Shown: positions 25,541 through 41,003 of the stretch, piece after piece
Numbering within the stretch: position 1 is the stretch's first letter
How the letters are laid out: each line of letters begins with the position of its first letter
NCBI RefSeq assembly: GCF_021028975.2
Contig: NW_025950352.1
Coordinates: forward strand, 682,001-746,000
DNA from: Sphaerodactylus townsendi
Taxonomy: Eukaryota
Length of the DNA: 64,000 nucleotides
Direction of reading: 5' to 3'
Made by a program: the position numbers and the translations under genes
Notes under the pieces: generated by a model
Database searches by the model: none
The model's input: only the letters and a program-made list of their open reading frames with translations
What the model was told of the DNA's origin: nothing

Positions 25541-28500
25541 TTATTTTACTTTAATGCAAATACAAGATAACAGAAAAAGTTATTAATGTTTACAATGCAC
25601 ACGTAAAGAAAAATACCTAAAAGAAACAAACAGAAAGTTACAAGACAGAATGCTGATATACGGTAGATAAAAAATTAAACAACTTCCGAATACCTCTTTT
25701 CATAAAATACAAGGAAAAGAGGAAGATGTTTTTACAGAAATTCTTTTGAAATCTCTATCACAGCTGGTTCTGAACGTATTGAAGTCATATTTTGCCAGTT
25801 ATTCTGATAACCTTGTTCTAATTTATAATCAAATGTATCATAAACTTTAGCCAATTCAAGCACTTAAATTTGCTGTTCATGGACACAGGGGTCACGGAGA
25901 GGAGCAAATGCTGCCAAGGGTGAAGGGCAAAGGGGGCAGCTTCAACTGCAGAGGTGGCAAACCTCCGATGCCCAGTGCTGGGAAGGCCCCCCTGCCTGCC
26001 CTGTTACTTTGGCTGTCTCAGGGCAGACCCTCACTGGACCGATCCCGTAGGACTTTTCTTACCTTGACCACAGTTGGCTTCCCTGGGACGCAGTTGGAGA
26101 GGCCTCTTATTTTCTGGGTCAGAGGGACAACCTCAGCATAAGGTGGGGGCTTCCCTCCCCCAGTTTGAAGCTTGCCAGTAAACAATGCCAGGCACTTTCT
26201 TTCAGCGGAGCTTCGGGCACGGAAGATCTCCGTGTCCTCTGTGGGCTGTAAGTAATTTAGCAGACACGCCTTGTGCCTAAATGAGCTTGTTGGGAAAGTC
26301 AGTCTGTTTCTCCGGTCTGCTCCCAGTCTCCTGCGGGGGAGCCCTGCGGGGGCTGTGGGGTCTGGTGGGGGGCCGGTCTTGTCCACTCACCCTCCCCCTC
26401 TGTCCTCAGGGGCATGCCAGTGGCCTGGCTGGAGAAGACCATGTGGAACCTGGGCCTGGAGGTGTACAAGCAGAGCTTCTCCCGCACGCTGCCCTTCCCT
26501 GATGAGCTGCGAGAGAGATATGTACGCACCAAGCGTTGCGAGGGGCCTTGCGGTGGAGGTGGCGGGGCGGGGACAGCGAGGCTGTGCACTAAACATAAGA
26601 ACAAGCCTGCTGGATCAGACCAGAGTCCATCTAGTCCAGCTCTCTGCTACTCGCAGTGGCCCACCAGGTGCCTTTGGGAGCTCACGTGCAGGAGGTGAAA
26701 GCAATGGCCTTCTGCTGCTGCTGCTGCTCCTGAGCACCTGGTCTGCTAAGGCATTTGCAACCTCAGATCAAGGAGGATCAAGATTGGTAGCCATAAATCG
26801 ACTTCTCCTCCATAAATCTGTGCAAGGCCTTTTTAAAGCTATCCAGGTGAGTGGCCACCCCCACCTCCTGTGGTGGGTTCTTGCATTCAGGGGCTCTTGC
26901 ATTCAGGGGCGGGGGGGGGGGGGACCTGCTTGTTGCCCACGGCTTCAGAGGAGAGAAGTGTCAGCTGCCTGCACACTGGGCCCTCCTCTTTGCAGATGGT
27001 GAAAGGGACCAATGTCTACGGGATCCTGAGGGCCCCCCGGGCGGCCAGTACGGAATCCCTGGTGCTGAGTGTCCCCTGCAGTGCGGGCCAAGAGAACAAC
27101 CAGGCAGTCGGGCTGATGCTGGCTCTGGCGTCCTACTTCCGAGGTGAGCTGGAGGCGCTTTGTGGGGCCTTTCGGGGGAAGGGAGCTTTTCAGGACTGCA
27201 GCTGGGCCAGTGCTGGGGGGGACGGGGGGTGGGCTAGCTCCACATTAGCCCAGAACAGGCACTTCTGTGGGTTTCATTTTGTGTGTGTTGTAAAAGCTGG
27301 GCTTTAAATATTTGCACGCTCGTCCGGGGATTTTGGCCTTAAAAGCTCGCCGGAGTCGGTTGCTGCGATTGGTCTTGAGCGTTGCCCGCTTGGGATACGG
27401 CTCAGGCTGCCCCTCTGCCCCAGGTCAGATCTACTGGGCCAAGGACATCATCTTCCTGGTGAACGAGCATGACCTCGTCGGCATGCAGGCCTGGCTGGAG
27501 GCTTATCACGACGTCAATGTCACAGGTGAGCTCTGCCAGGCCAGGGCCTCCCTCCCGCCCGCCCTCCCCGAGGGCTCGGAGGCCCTTCTGCCCGCCCCGT
27601 GGGCTCCTGCGGCTGCCAGCCCGATTCCGACAGCCACGCGAGCACAGACTTCCCTGGGCTGCCCCGCCCCGAGTCTCCCCGCCGTCACGGCCTCCCCCGG
27701 GCATCACGGAGCTGCGTCGTCCCCTGGCCACTCCTCCCCCACAGCACACGCCCACAGGCGGCTTATCCCAACGGGGAACGGGCCCAGATGCATCATCGTC
27801 CCTTGCACGCAGGCCTTCCTCCGGTAGCCACCTGGGCCGCGCTCCCCCCTCACTGGCTGGGCGGTCTCTTCCTCCCTAGCAGTCCAGTCGTCCGGAATGC
27901 TGGGCCGGGCCGGAGCCATCCAGGCCGCCCTCTCCTTGGAGCTCAGCAGCGACGTCATCACCAGCTTCGACGTGGCCGTGGAGGGCCTGAACGGGCAGCT
28001 GCCCAACCTGGACCTGGTCAACCTCTTCTACGCCTTCTGCCAAAAGAGCAACCTGCTCTGCACCATCCAGGGCAAGGTGAGTGGGCGGGGGAGGGCCTGT
28101 CTGGTGTCCAACGCTGGCGCTTCAGGTGTTCTTGGACTACAATTCCCATAAGCCCCTGCTGGCATGGCCAATTGTAATTGCTGTCCATGACCTTCTGAAT
28201 CGCCAGAGTTGGACACCCCTGACCCAGGCCAAGGGGCCTGCGCAATTCATACAGGACGGCTGCCGGGCAGAGGGTTCTTGGTCCGACTCTGCTGGGTTCT
28301 CACTGGACCCACTTAATACTCAATAATACTTTTTCGTTTTCATTACAGGTAAACCCTTCGGGAGAGTATCAGCGATGTCCGTTCATGTCGCTGAATTCAT
28401 TCAGTTCATTATCACAAGGATACAGTCTCTGTTGTTGTCCTCTGTTCCTTCTGCAGTTTTTATCTGTCAGTTATTCCAAGAATATAGATATATCTCCAAA

Positions 28501-31500
28501 ATATTGTTTTCAAAGTATAAACTTATTCATCACTTCTGTGACCAAACAATATTTGTAATCTCCCTCCGGAGTCCGCTCATGAGTAACGATGAATAAGTTT
28601 ATACTTTGAGAACAATATTTCAGAGATATATCTATATTTCTGGAATAACTGACAGATAAAAACTGCAGAAGGAACAGAGGACAACAACAGAGACTGTATC
28701 CTTGTGATAATGAACTAAATGAATTCAGTGAAATGAACGGACATCGCTGATACTCTCCCGAAGGGGTTACTTGTAATGAAAACGAAAAAGTATTATTGAG
28801 TATTAATTGAGTATTGCATTTTTTGTATGTTGTATGATGAACTAGATTGTAAAAAATACACAAAATATATAGAAGCCACTGAGCAGCACACGTGCGTCAC
28901 GTGTTATTTTTGGTCCAATTGTTGTAAGCCTCTTAAGGGCGCACGCTATTCATTCATAATCTCTCACTGGACCCCGCAATTCTAGCCTGCTTTTCCTCAC
29001 TTGCTGTGCCCCAAATGGACTCCTTCAGTCCCTCATAGCAGCAGCAACGGTCCACTCTGCCCCCGACCTGGTTGACACCCCCCACAGACCCCCTCCCGTC
29101 CCCCTTCTCTCCCTGCAGCTGCAGCGCTCCGACTGGGACTCTGTTCCGGCGTACCTCCACTCCCTGCAGACGCTGCTGCTGATGGTGCTGAAGCAGGGGT
29201 CCGGGCGGCCGCAGGGCGACCACGGCCTCTTCCTGCGGTACCACATCGAGGCCATCACGGTGCGGGGCATCAACAGCTTCCGCCAGTACAAGTATGACAT
29301 GGTCAGCGTGGGCAAGTGAGTACGGCAGCCGGTTCAGTCACGGCAGGTGGGCAGTTGCGGCCGGGGGTGGGGGTGGGTGGGGGGAGGGGGAGCAGGCCAG
29401 GGGCGGAAGAGCAGGGCTGGGTTCAGGTTCAGGAGGGCGAGAGGCCGAAGGGAGCGATGCAGACGTGGGGGAACCCTTCTGTCCTCCCCAGGACGCTGGA
29501 GGGAATGTTCCGGAAGCTGAACAACCTGCTGGAACGCCTGCACCAGTCCTACTTCTTCTACCTGCTCCCCTCGCTCTCCCGCTTCGTCTCCATCGGGGTT
29601 TACATGCCGGCCTTCGGCTTCCTCATCCTCATCCTCGTCCTAAAGGTATCCTGCTGGGGGCTGCCAGCTGTCGCTGCCTCAGGGCTGGAGGGCTCTGGGG
29701 CAAGGAGCCTTCCAGGCCAGCCCCGGGAGTGGCGGGCAGCCGTGAACAACAGGCTCCACCCGCAGCCGCCGGGGCTGTCACCTCCCAGCCCAGCTTGGCT
29801 GGCTTGTCCCAGGAAAGTGGGGGCCTCCAAGGCAGGGGCTTGCAACGGCCAGCAACAAGGGCGGGGGGAGTCCTCCACACTGGCCAGCAGGATGGGGGCC
29901 CAGAGGTCTTCTGAGCATCAGCCATGGGGGGGGCTCTGAGGGTTGCCCTCCACCAACACCAGGGGCCACAAGGCTCCAGCGAGGGCACATCGACTGTCAC
30001 AGCCTCCACCCCCTCCCCCTCTGGGGTCCCCTGCTTCTTCGGATGTCGGGAGCCAAACCTGTGCCATCGACCCCTCATTCACAGGAGCACGAGGGAGGTG
30101 CTCTGCGTTTCAATCCCCAGCTGTTCTGCTTGCGGTGGGAGGGGGGGTCTCTGCCTCTGATCAGTGCAAGTGGACTCCACTACTCCCTTCCCTTGTGAGC
30201 TCTTCCGGGTAGATAGGGAGGGGCAGGATGCAGGGCCCCCTTAGCCAGAGCCACCGGAGGGGTGTCGCCGCAGCAGGCGGTATCAGACTAAGGCCTTGCC
30301 ATTCCAAGCGAGCCCCATCTCCAGTCAGCTTCAACCAGGCCTCAGGGCTGTTAGATGCGCCCTCTGTGCACCCCGGCCCAGGTCTTTGAGGGGTGGGTGG
30401 GCTACAGCAGTCGATGGGGCTCCTCCCCAGGGCAGAGAGGGGAGGGTTCCGCTGGGTGGGGCTTTGGTCTGGGCTATTCAGGCTCTTTGTGGATGGGTCT
30501 GCCTTGACGATCCCCAGGCTCTGGATCTGTGGATGAAGCTGAGCGGTTGTGACGTGGAGCCTGCTGACCAGTCGTGTGATGGAGGCCCCGTGGCGGCAGA
30601 GGTGCGTGGCGTGTGGCAGGCTCCCTAGTGGGTTGCCCAGGGGCAAGGCCTGCCTCAGTCCCCAGCAGGGTCCGTGGCGGCCCTCCTGCCCTAAGTGGGG
30701 CTGTTTGCTTCTGTTAGGTCACGGCTGTTGTTCTGGGAGACCACAGGACCCATTACGGGCGGCACACAGGAAACGCATCCCTTTGACTCTGACCCCGCCC
30801 CCTTCCTTTGCACCCATTACGTTTGAAAACCCTCTTGCAATGAGACCCTCGATCTCGTGGTGGCCCCTGCTGCAGTGAAGTGGGGCTCCCCTGACTTCTT
30901 TGGGGACAGATGAGGCAGCTGCCATGGACTCTAAGGAGTCCCTTTTCTATGAACAGGAAGCGGGGGCCATTTGCACAAGGAGAGTGACACAGCCGGGGAG
31001 GGGGTGGGGGGTGTCACTTTGCCAGATGGCTCCAGGGGGCCACATGGAAGGGAAGAGCCGGCTGCTGGAGGGTCTCCTTCAGGCCAGGACGCCAGGAGTG
31101 CTTGGCGGTCTTCCTGGCCTGGAGAAGGGGTCACTGGTGATGTGTGGGTGAGGGTTGTGTGTTGTGAATGTTCTGCACGTTGCAGAGGGCTGGGCCAGCT
31201 GGCCTCGGGAGTTCCTTCCAGCCGTGTGTCTATGACTCCTTCCCCCAGCCTGCCTGTCCCGGGAACAAACCCTTTTGGGACAGAGCTGGGCCTCCCATGT
31301 GGCCACCTGGGATTTTGCCTCTGAGTCTTTGGATCCTCCTCCATGCAGGTGCCCAGACCAAGCCTGCTCGCGCTGGTGCCACCGCTGCTCATCTGCCACG
31401 CCACGGGGCTTGCCCTGTACTTCGTGCCCATCCTGGGACAGCACATGGCCACGCACCACTTCCCCGTGTCCGAGTCGGAGGCCGTGGTGCTCACCGTCAT

Positions 31501-33840
31501 CGCCATCTACGTGGCGGGGCTGGCGCTGCCCCACAACACGCACAGGCGAGTGGGGGTTTATCCTCCCCGCCGGGGGCTGCTCTGAGTGCCTGAGGCGGGG
31601 TGGCCTCTGGGGGGGGCAGGGCCAGGCCGTGCACTGAGCCGCTCCTTTGTGCCCAGCAGGGTCCTGGCAGGCTCCGGAAGCGACCGCGGCTGGATGATGC
31701 TGAAGCTGCTCGCCCTCCTCTTGCTGGCCATGCAGCTGGGGTGCATCGCCCTCATCAACTTCTCCCTGGGCTTCCTGCTGGCCATCACCATGGTGCCCGT
31801 GGCCGCCGTTGTCCAGCCCACAGGGCCCAAGTACGTGTGGCAGCTGGTGCATCCCCGAGTCCTGGCAGCGATTGCTCCTCCCCACTCCGTGGCTGAGCAG
31901 CTGCAGCCTTGGGTGGAGACATCACGGGGACAGGGGCTGGGGCTCTGGGGTTGGAAACTGCTGTCAAGTTGTGGCAACCCCGTAAGGCAGGGGTGTCCAA
32001 CTGCTGGCATGGCCAGTTGGGCTGATGGGAATTGTAGTCTGTGAACTTCTGAAGTGCCAGAGTTGGACACCCCTGCGGTAGGGTTTTGGAGGCCAGAGAC
32101 GTCCAAGGGTGGCTTGCTCCTGGGTAGCAACCCTGGATCGATTCCCTTGGAAGGATCCCAGCCGAGGCAACCCTGCTTAACTGGCAGGATCTGAGAAGAT
32201 CACCCTCGCCTGGGCCGTCCCAGTCAGGGCAAGAGGCACTCAGAGAGGTCTGGCCACCGCCTGCCTCTGTCCCTTGGGGGTCTCCTGGCCGAGGCAGCCC
32301 CTGCTTGATAGCTTCTGTGGTCTCCTGTGATCACAGCCACCCAGGGCAGGGCAGGAGGTCCTGGAGGCAGCTAAAATCTGCAGCTTCTGCCCAGCCGCCT
32401 CCGCCTCCTTCTGTTGGGTTCTGCCCTCGTAGAGCTGGCTCTGCCTGCCCTCTGGTGCCAGTTGGCCGCCTGAGCCAGAAGTATTTGTGTCACTGGGCAC
32501 TTGGGTGCCCTTTGTGAGGAGTGAAAATCCCTGCTGTGCTGACTTCCCTGTGGGTGCCAAACCCAGAATACTCCTTTGGGCTCAGGAGCGCTTGACTGGT
32601 GGTCTTGGGGTAGCGGCCTGGTGAAAAAAATTACTTTTGTGGAACAGTTTTTGCCAAAGGAACCAGTCCGCATCTCCTGGTGGAACCCGGGTTCCTCCTA
32701 TGCAGTCCTCAAAGGAAACACTGGATTTGCTTCCCCCCAAAAAATGTTCATGTTTCTCAGTTTTGTCTCTGGATCCTTCTCCGTTAAGTTGGGCGTCGTG
32801 GAGGCAAAACGGAAGTGTTCTGGGGGCTCAGCCCTTTTCTTCTGTGTCTGGGAGGGAGGCGCATGCGTGCACGTTGCAGAGACTGGCTGTTGTGTAGCCG
32901 TGGACTCTTATCTGGTGAACTGGGTTTGTTTTTCCCACTCCTCTGCGAGAAGCCTACTGGGTGACCTTGGGCTAGTCCCCCTTCTTGCTGAGCTCTCTCA
33001 GCCCCGCCTACCTCACCAGGTGTCTGTTGTGGGGAGGGAAAGCGAAGAAGTTTATAAGCCACTTTGAGACGCCACTTTGAGGAGCAGCAGTGGCGTAGGA
33101 GGTTAAGAGCTCGTGTATCTAATCTGGAGGAACCGGGTTTGATTCCCCGCTCTGCCGCCTGAGCTGTGGAGGCTTATCTGGGGAATTCAGATTAGCCTGT
33201 GCACTCCCACACACGCCAGCTGGGTGACCTTGGGCTAGTCACAGCTCTTCTGAGCTCTCTCAGCCCCACCTACCTCACAGGGTGTTTGTTGTGAGGGGGG
33301 AAGGGCAAGGAGATTGTAAGCCCTTTTGAGTCTCCCGCAGGAGAGAAAAGGGGGATATAAATCCAAACTCCTCTTCTTCCTTATGATTGAGAGAAGCAGA
33401 GTATAAATCCAAATGTTCCTCTTCCAGGTGAAGCCTGCTGGGTGACCTTGGGCTATCCCAGTTCTCTCAGAACTCTCTCAGCCCCACCGATCTCACGAGG
33501 CGTCTGTTGTGGGGAGAGGAATCATCAGCTGCTTTGAGAAAGGTGGGGAACAGACCCAAGTCCTGCCTCTTCTCATCCTCCTGCTTTCCCCCCCAGGTCC
33601 CTGCAGGCCGTGCTGCTGGTGTTGGTCACGCCGGCTGCCACGCTGCTCTTCTCCATCTTCCTGTACCACGAGCTCATTGAGTACCCCATCACGGTGCTGG
33701 AGTGCTGGCAGCGGTTCCTGCAGGCCATTGCGGAGGGGCTCCTGGACCACCACCTCTACGGCTCCATCGTCTTCCCCTTCGTGGCTTTCTTCGTCTACCC
33801 CTGCTGGCTCCTGCTGTGGAACGTGCTCTTCTGGAAGTAG
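23985..33840 (+). CDS. GPAA1: GPI-anchor transamidase component GPAA1 (~619 aa, 12 exons)
   Basis: Exons 23985-24058 ([16 protein letters not shown]), 24181-24360 ([14 protein letters not shown]), 26410-26521, 26996-27143, 27424-27525 ([12 protein letters not shown]), 27880-28076 ([13 protein letters not shown]), 29119-29315, 29492-29645 ([14 protein letters not shown]), 30518-30601, 31349-31545, 31660-31830, 33597-33840 ([14 protein letters not shown]). Exons sum to 1860 nt, in frame. AATAAA at 34458-34463. Confidence 0.96.
24900..25401 (-). mobile_element. R4/Dong-type non-LTR retrotransposon 3' fragment inserted in (TAA)n
   Basis: Minus-strand [39 protein letters not shown] (PD..D restriction-like endonuclease). 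(TTA)n tracts on both sides. Confidence 0.75.
25481..25539. repeat. (ATT)n microsatellite
   Basis: About 19 perfect units. Confidence 0.95.
26593..26872 (-). mobile_element. CR1 3' fragment
   Basis: Near identity to 6225-6495. Confidence 0.8.
28313..28806. repeat. Long AT-rich inverted repeat (~219-bp arms, 56-bp spacer) in GPAA1 intron 6
   Basis: 28313-28531 is the reverse complement of 28588-28806 with few mismatches. Confidence 0.9.
29646..30517 (+). other. U12-type (minor spliceosome) GT-AG intron 8 of GPAA1
   Basis: 5' splice site GTATCCT. Branch point CCTTGAC at 30502-30508, ending 9 nt before the splice junction, with no polypyrimidine tract. Confidence 0.8.
31546..31659 (+). other. 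GC-AG intron 10 of GPAA1
   Basis: The donor AG|GCGAGT gives the required phase 2 joining ...PHNTH(R) to [11 protein letters not shown]; the nearby GT donor would be out of phase. Confidence 0.75.
33081..33400 (+). mobile_element. SINE, full length, with older partial copies at ~32886-33060 and ~33430-33520
   Basis: GCAGTGGCGTAGGAGGTTAAGAGC head through a (CTT) tail. Confidence 0.8.
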
Positions 33841-34682
33841 CTCTGTGCTTGGGACTGGCTCTCCTCCCCCCAGGACGAACCGGGGGCAGGGCACCCTCTG
33901 CTGAAGCGGAGGCCCGTGGGCCATCGCGGAATCTGCAAGGCAACACGTCGTGGGCAGAGGGAAGCCGGCACGCCTCCTGGAGCCTCTCGGTGCTTGACCC
34001 AGAGGGTTCGGGGGCTGGGACGTCAGGGGCCAGTATCAGAAGGCGAGGCTTGACTGGTGGTTGTGGGCTTTCCGGGTTGTGTGGCCGTGGTCCGGTAGAT
34101 CTTGTTCATCTGTGGCTGTGCAGGCGAAACATTGGGAACAAGATCTACCAGACCTCGGCCCCACAGCCCGGAAAGCCCACAACAACCAATTGAGTCCAGC
34201 TGTGAAAGCCTTCAACAATGGACGGCTTGGCCTTTGCAGAGGGGGCAGGACAGCCTCTGCTCCAATTGGGGGGGTAAGTGTTGTGCCCCCACCAGCCTGC
34301 AGCCCAGAGTCTTCCTCCTGAGGTGAGGGGGCTGTCCTGGTGGTCTCTGCTGGTCCCAGGTGCTATCGGGTGGGGGTGGGCTTCATCAGACCCCCAGCAG
34401 ATGAGGGTATGGGATGGCTGGGTGCGGAGTAAGGGGTGGTGTGGCTTTTGATATGAAAATAAAGAGTGGTGGCTCTGAGACCAGGCGTGCCTTCAGCTGC
34501 CTTCCTTCCTGCTAAACACGATGCAGTCCTCAGGTGCTGGCATCCCCCCAAAGCAGGGTGCAAGGAGGGCTGGGCCGGGGGTCATCCCCACCAGTTCCCC
34601 AGAAATGATGCCCAGCTGGGACGCCTTTGGAGGGCAGCTGCCACATCCCGAGCCCTCGGGCCGAACCCCTCAGTGGTGGGTG

Positions 34683-35215
34683 TGTAACCTCTAACTGTGG
34701 GTTCTGTGGGGCAGAACTTGGAATGAGTTTGCAACAACAAATTTTAAAAAAACAGAATGGTTTACTTTCTTAACATATAACATCAACATTTAACTTCACC
34801 CTTCAAGGTCCTGTTTAGGTTGCATTTTCAAGTCCTTCTAGTTACAGTCTACTGATACTGCCAAGTCCAATTCTTCTTTGCAAGTGGGTTGGCTCCTGAA
34901 GACTCCCGGGGCTTGGTGAACAGGACTCAACATGATGAAGGTTTCCAGGAGAACTCTCACCCATCACAACCACAAAAAGAAACCCTGAAACAATAAACTC
35001 CCACATTTACAACATAGCAAAAATAAACAACTACTTTCCCAGTAGTTCCCAACAACATTGCAGTTACCTTAACAAGGTGTTCAGGGCTTATTCAAACCAG
35101 GGTCCGAGTCTGGTAGCCTCGTCTCCTCCAAACTACATGAGGTCTGCTGCAGCCTCTTGCTGCTTTGAGTCTCCACCCCTTACTGGGTCAACCCATTCTG
35201 AGCATGGGGGTTACA
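34683..35215 (-). mobile_element. Solo LTR (ERV/Gypsy-type), 533 bp
   Basis: Starts TGTAAC and ends GTTACA (terminal inverted repeat), flanked by 4-bp direct repeat GGTG (34679-34682, 35216-35219). AT-richer than its flanks. An AGTAAA polyA-like signal on the minus strand suggests the orientation. Confidence 0.7.
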
Positions 35216-36099
35216 GGTGCTTCCAAGTAGGCAGTGGGGCGTGGGCAGAATGAGCATGTGGAGCTGGGGGGCGGCAGCGGGGGTCATTGCTGGTCTGTCT
35301 CAGCCAGGTCTGGTTCCTCAAGGTGACCAGTAGACCACGGCATGGTGATGGGATGGTAGCGGGGGCTGCCCCCCCCACCCGGAATTTTGCTGTTCCCCTG
35401 CAAATGAGCCCTGGCTGCTTCCTGCTCCTCAGGTAGAGAGATGCCCAGGCAATAAGCTTGGGGGGAGGGAGGGGAGAAATCCTGAGTGTTCATGCCCAGG
35501 CTTTGTGGCACAGGAACAGTTTTCCCAGTGGAGCCTGTACTGCTTGCCCCCCCCCCCTCCCCAGGTGAGCAGACGGAGTTGTGCAGAGCAGGTGCTTTGC
35601 TGTGCTCTAGAACCAAACCAGGGGTTACTTCCCCACAGAAAGGGCCCCAAATGATGCTCAGGTGGGCTTGCTTGGAGGGGCAGCTGGGGAGAGAGGGCCT
35701 GGGGCCTTCTGAGCGTGTGGGGGGTGCTTGTGGCCGGGAGACCAAAAGTTCACGTGTGCCCTCTGTCAGTGTGGGAAGTTGCGAGGGGGAATCTGGAGTC
35801 ACAGGCTGAGGTCAGCATGGAGCAGGCGGTGGCGCGTGCCAAGAGGGCGAGGCCTGTGGAGCCCCCCCCGCCCGCCTGTTTCCCAGCCTCTCTTAAGCGG
35901 GTGCAGCAGCTCAAGCAGCAAGAGGTGCCCGGGGGGGGGGGGGGGCGTGTTGTCCCCGCCCTCCTGCTGACTGCTGGGATGCTCGGGGGCGGGGCGGGTC
36001 CCTGGTCGTGGTTCGGGGCCCGTGGAGGAGCAGCCGGGTCTCCGAGGGGCTCGACGGCCGCTGGCCCCACTCGGCCCCGGGCTGCTGGAGCGGTGCCCG

Positions 36100-36352
36100 G
36101 GAGGACGAGGCGGCTGCGCTCCGGCCCTGCCGGGGGAGGGGGGAGTTGGCTGCCTTCGTGCTCTGCGCATGCGTGGGGGAGCCCTCCCGGGCGATACAGG
36201 GGCCGGCCCGGGAGGGGGACCTACGTAACCTCGCACGCAAAGGGGGCGTGGCCAAGGCGCTCGCCCTCCGGAAGTGACGCTCTGTCGCGCCCGCCCCTTC
36301 CGTCGCGCGGAGCCTTGTGGGGCGGCGGGGGGAGGCCCGGCTCCCCTCCAAG

Positions 36353-36360
<8 letters not shown>
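36100..36360 (+). promoter_or_regulatory. CYC1 CpG-island promoter with NRF1, KLF/SP, ETS-CRE and YY1 motifs
   Basis: TGCGCATGCGT at 36164-36174; GGGGCGTGGCC at 36243-36253; CCGGAAGTGACGC at 36268-36280; CAAGATGGCGGC overlapping the ATG. This set is typical of nuclear-encoded OXPHOS genes. Confidence 0.8.
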
Positions 36361-40242
<3,882 letters not shown>

Positions 40243-41003
40243 CGCGCTGCAGTGGCCTCGGCTGACTGACCTCTGGTGCCGGAGCGGAGCTGCCTTTCTG
40301 CTCCAGGAATGAATGCGTAGGCCGCAGATGGGCGCGCGTGCCTCTCCAATGCTGTTTCTGTTATTTAACGTCTCCCCCTCCATGCAATCACCCATGAAGC
40401 CTTGGGAAGAGGACCTTGGGAGACGGGGGTGGCAGGCAGGCACCCAATAAACACATGTCTTCAACCAGACAGGCCTCTGTCTTGAAATCCAGCAGTGGGG
40501 GAGCTGTGGGTGGGAACTGTGGGGGCACACAGCCCAGGAGACGGTGACCTTCGCGTGCTCCCCCCCCCCCCCCAGTCCCAGAAAGGAGCTCAACCTCAGT
40601 CAGTATCTACATCTTTATTGAACGGGTTGTTCATGCTTCTGGCGCACAAATATACATCGTCAGCCTTCCCCTGACCACATTCAGCTCCCCACAGCTGTGC
40701 AGGGCCCTCGCTCAAGCCAGAGGCAGGGCTGTGGGTGTCAGTGTCTTTGGCAGGAGTTCAGGGAAGGGCAGGAGGGCGCCTGGGAGAGCCTCTACCCCCT
40801 TACCCCTTGTTGTAGAGTGCAATACCTTCCTTTGGAGGCAGATACAGCTGTCAGCAAGTTGTGGGGAAGAGATCAGCCTCCACCCACCCCCAGCTCCACA
40901 AGGATGATGCATTAGTCAGCCACTACAGGGTTAAAAGTTGTGCGGAGCCTCTGTCTTCAGCAAAGGCGGACCTCACAGTTCCTTGGTCTTTGCAGACAGG
41001 TGT

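Noticed and set aside
33081-33160. tRNA-like A/B boxes
   Set aside because: They are the head of a multi-copy SINE, not a tRNA gene.
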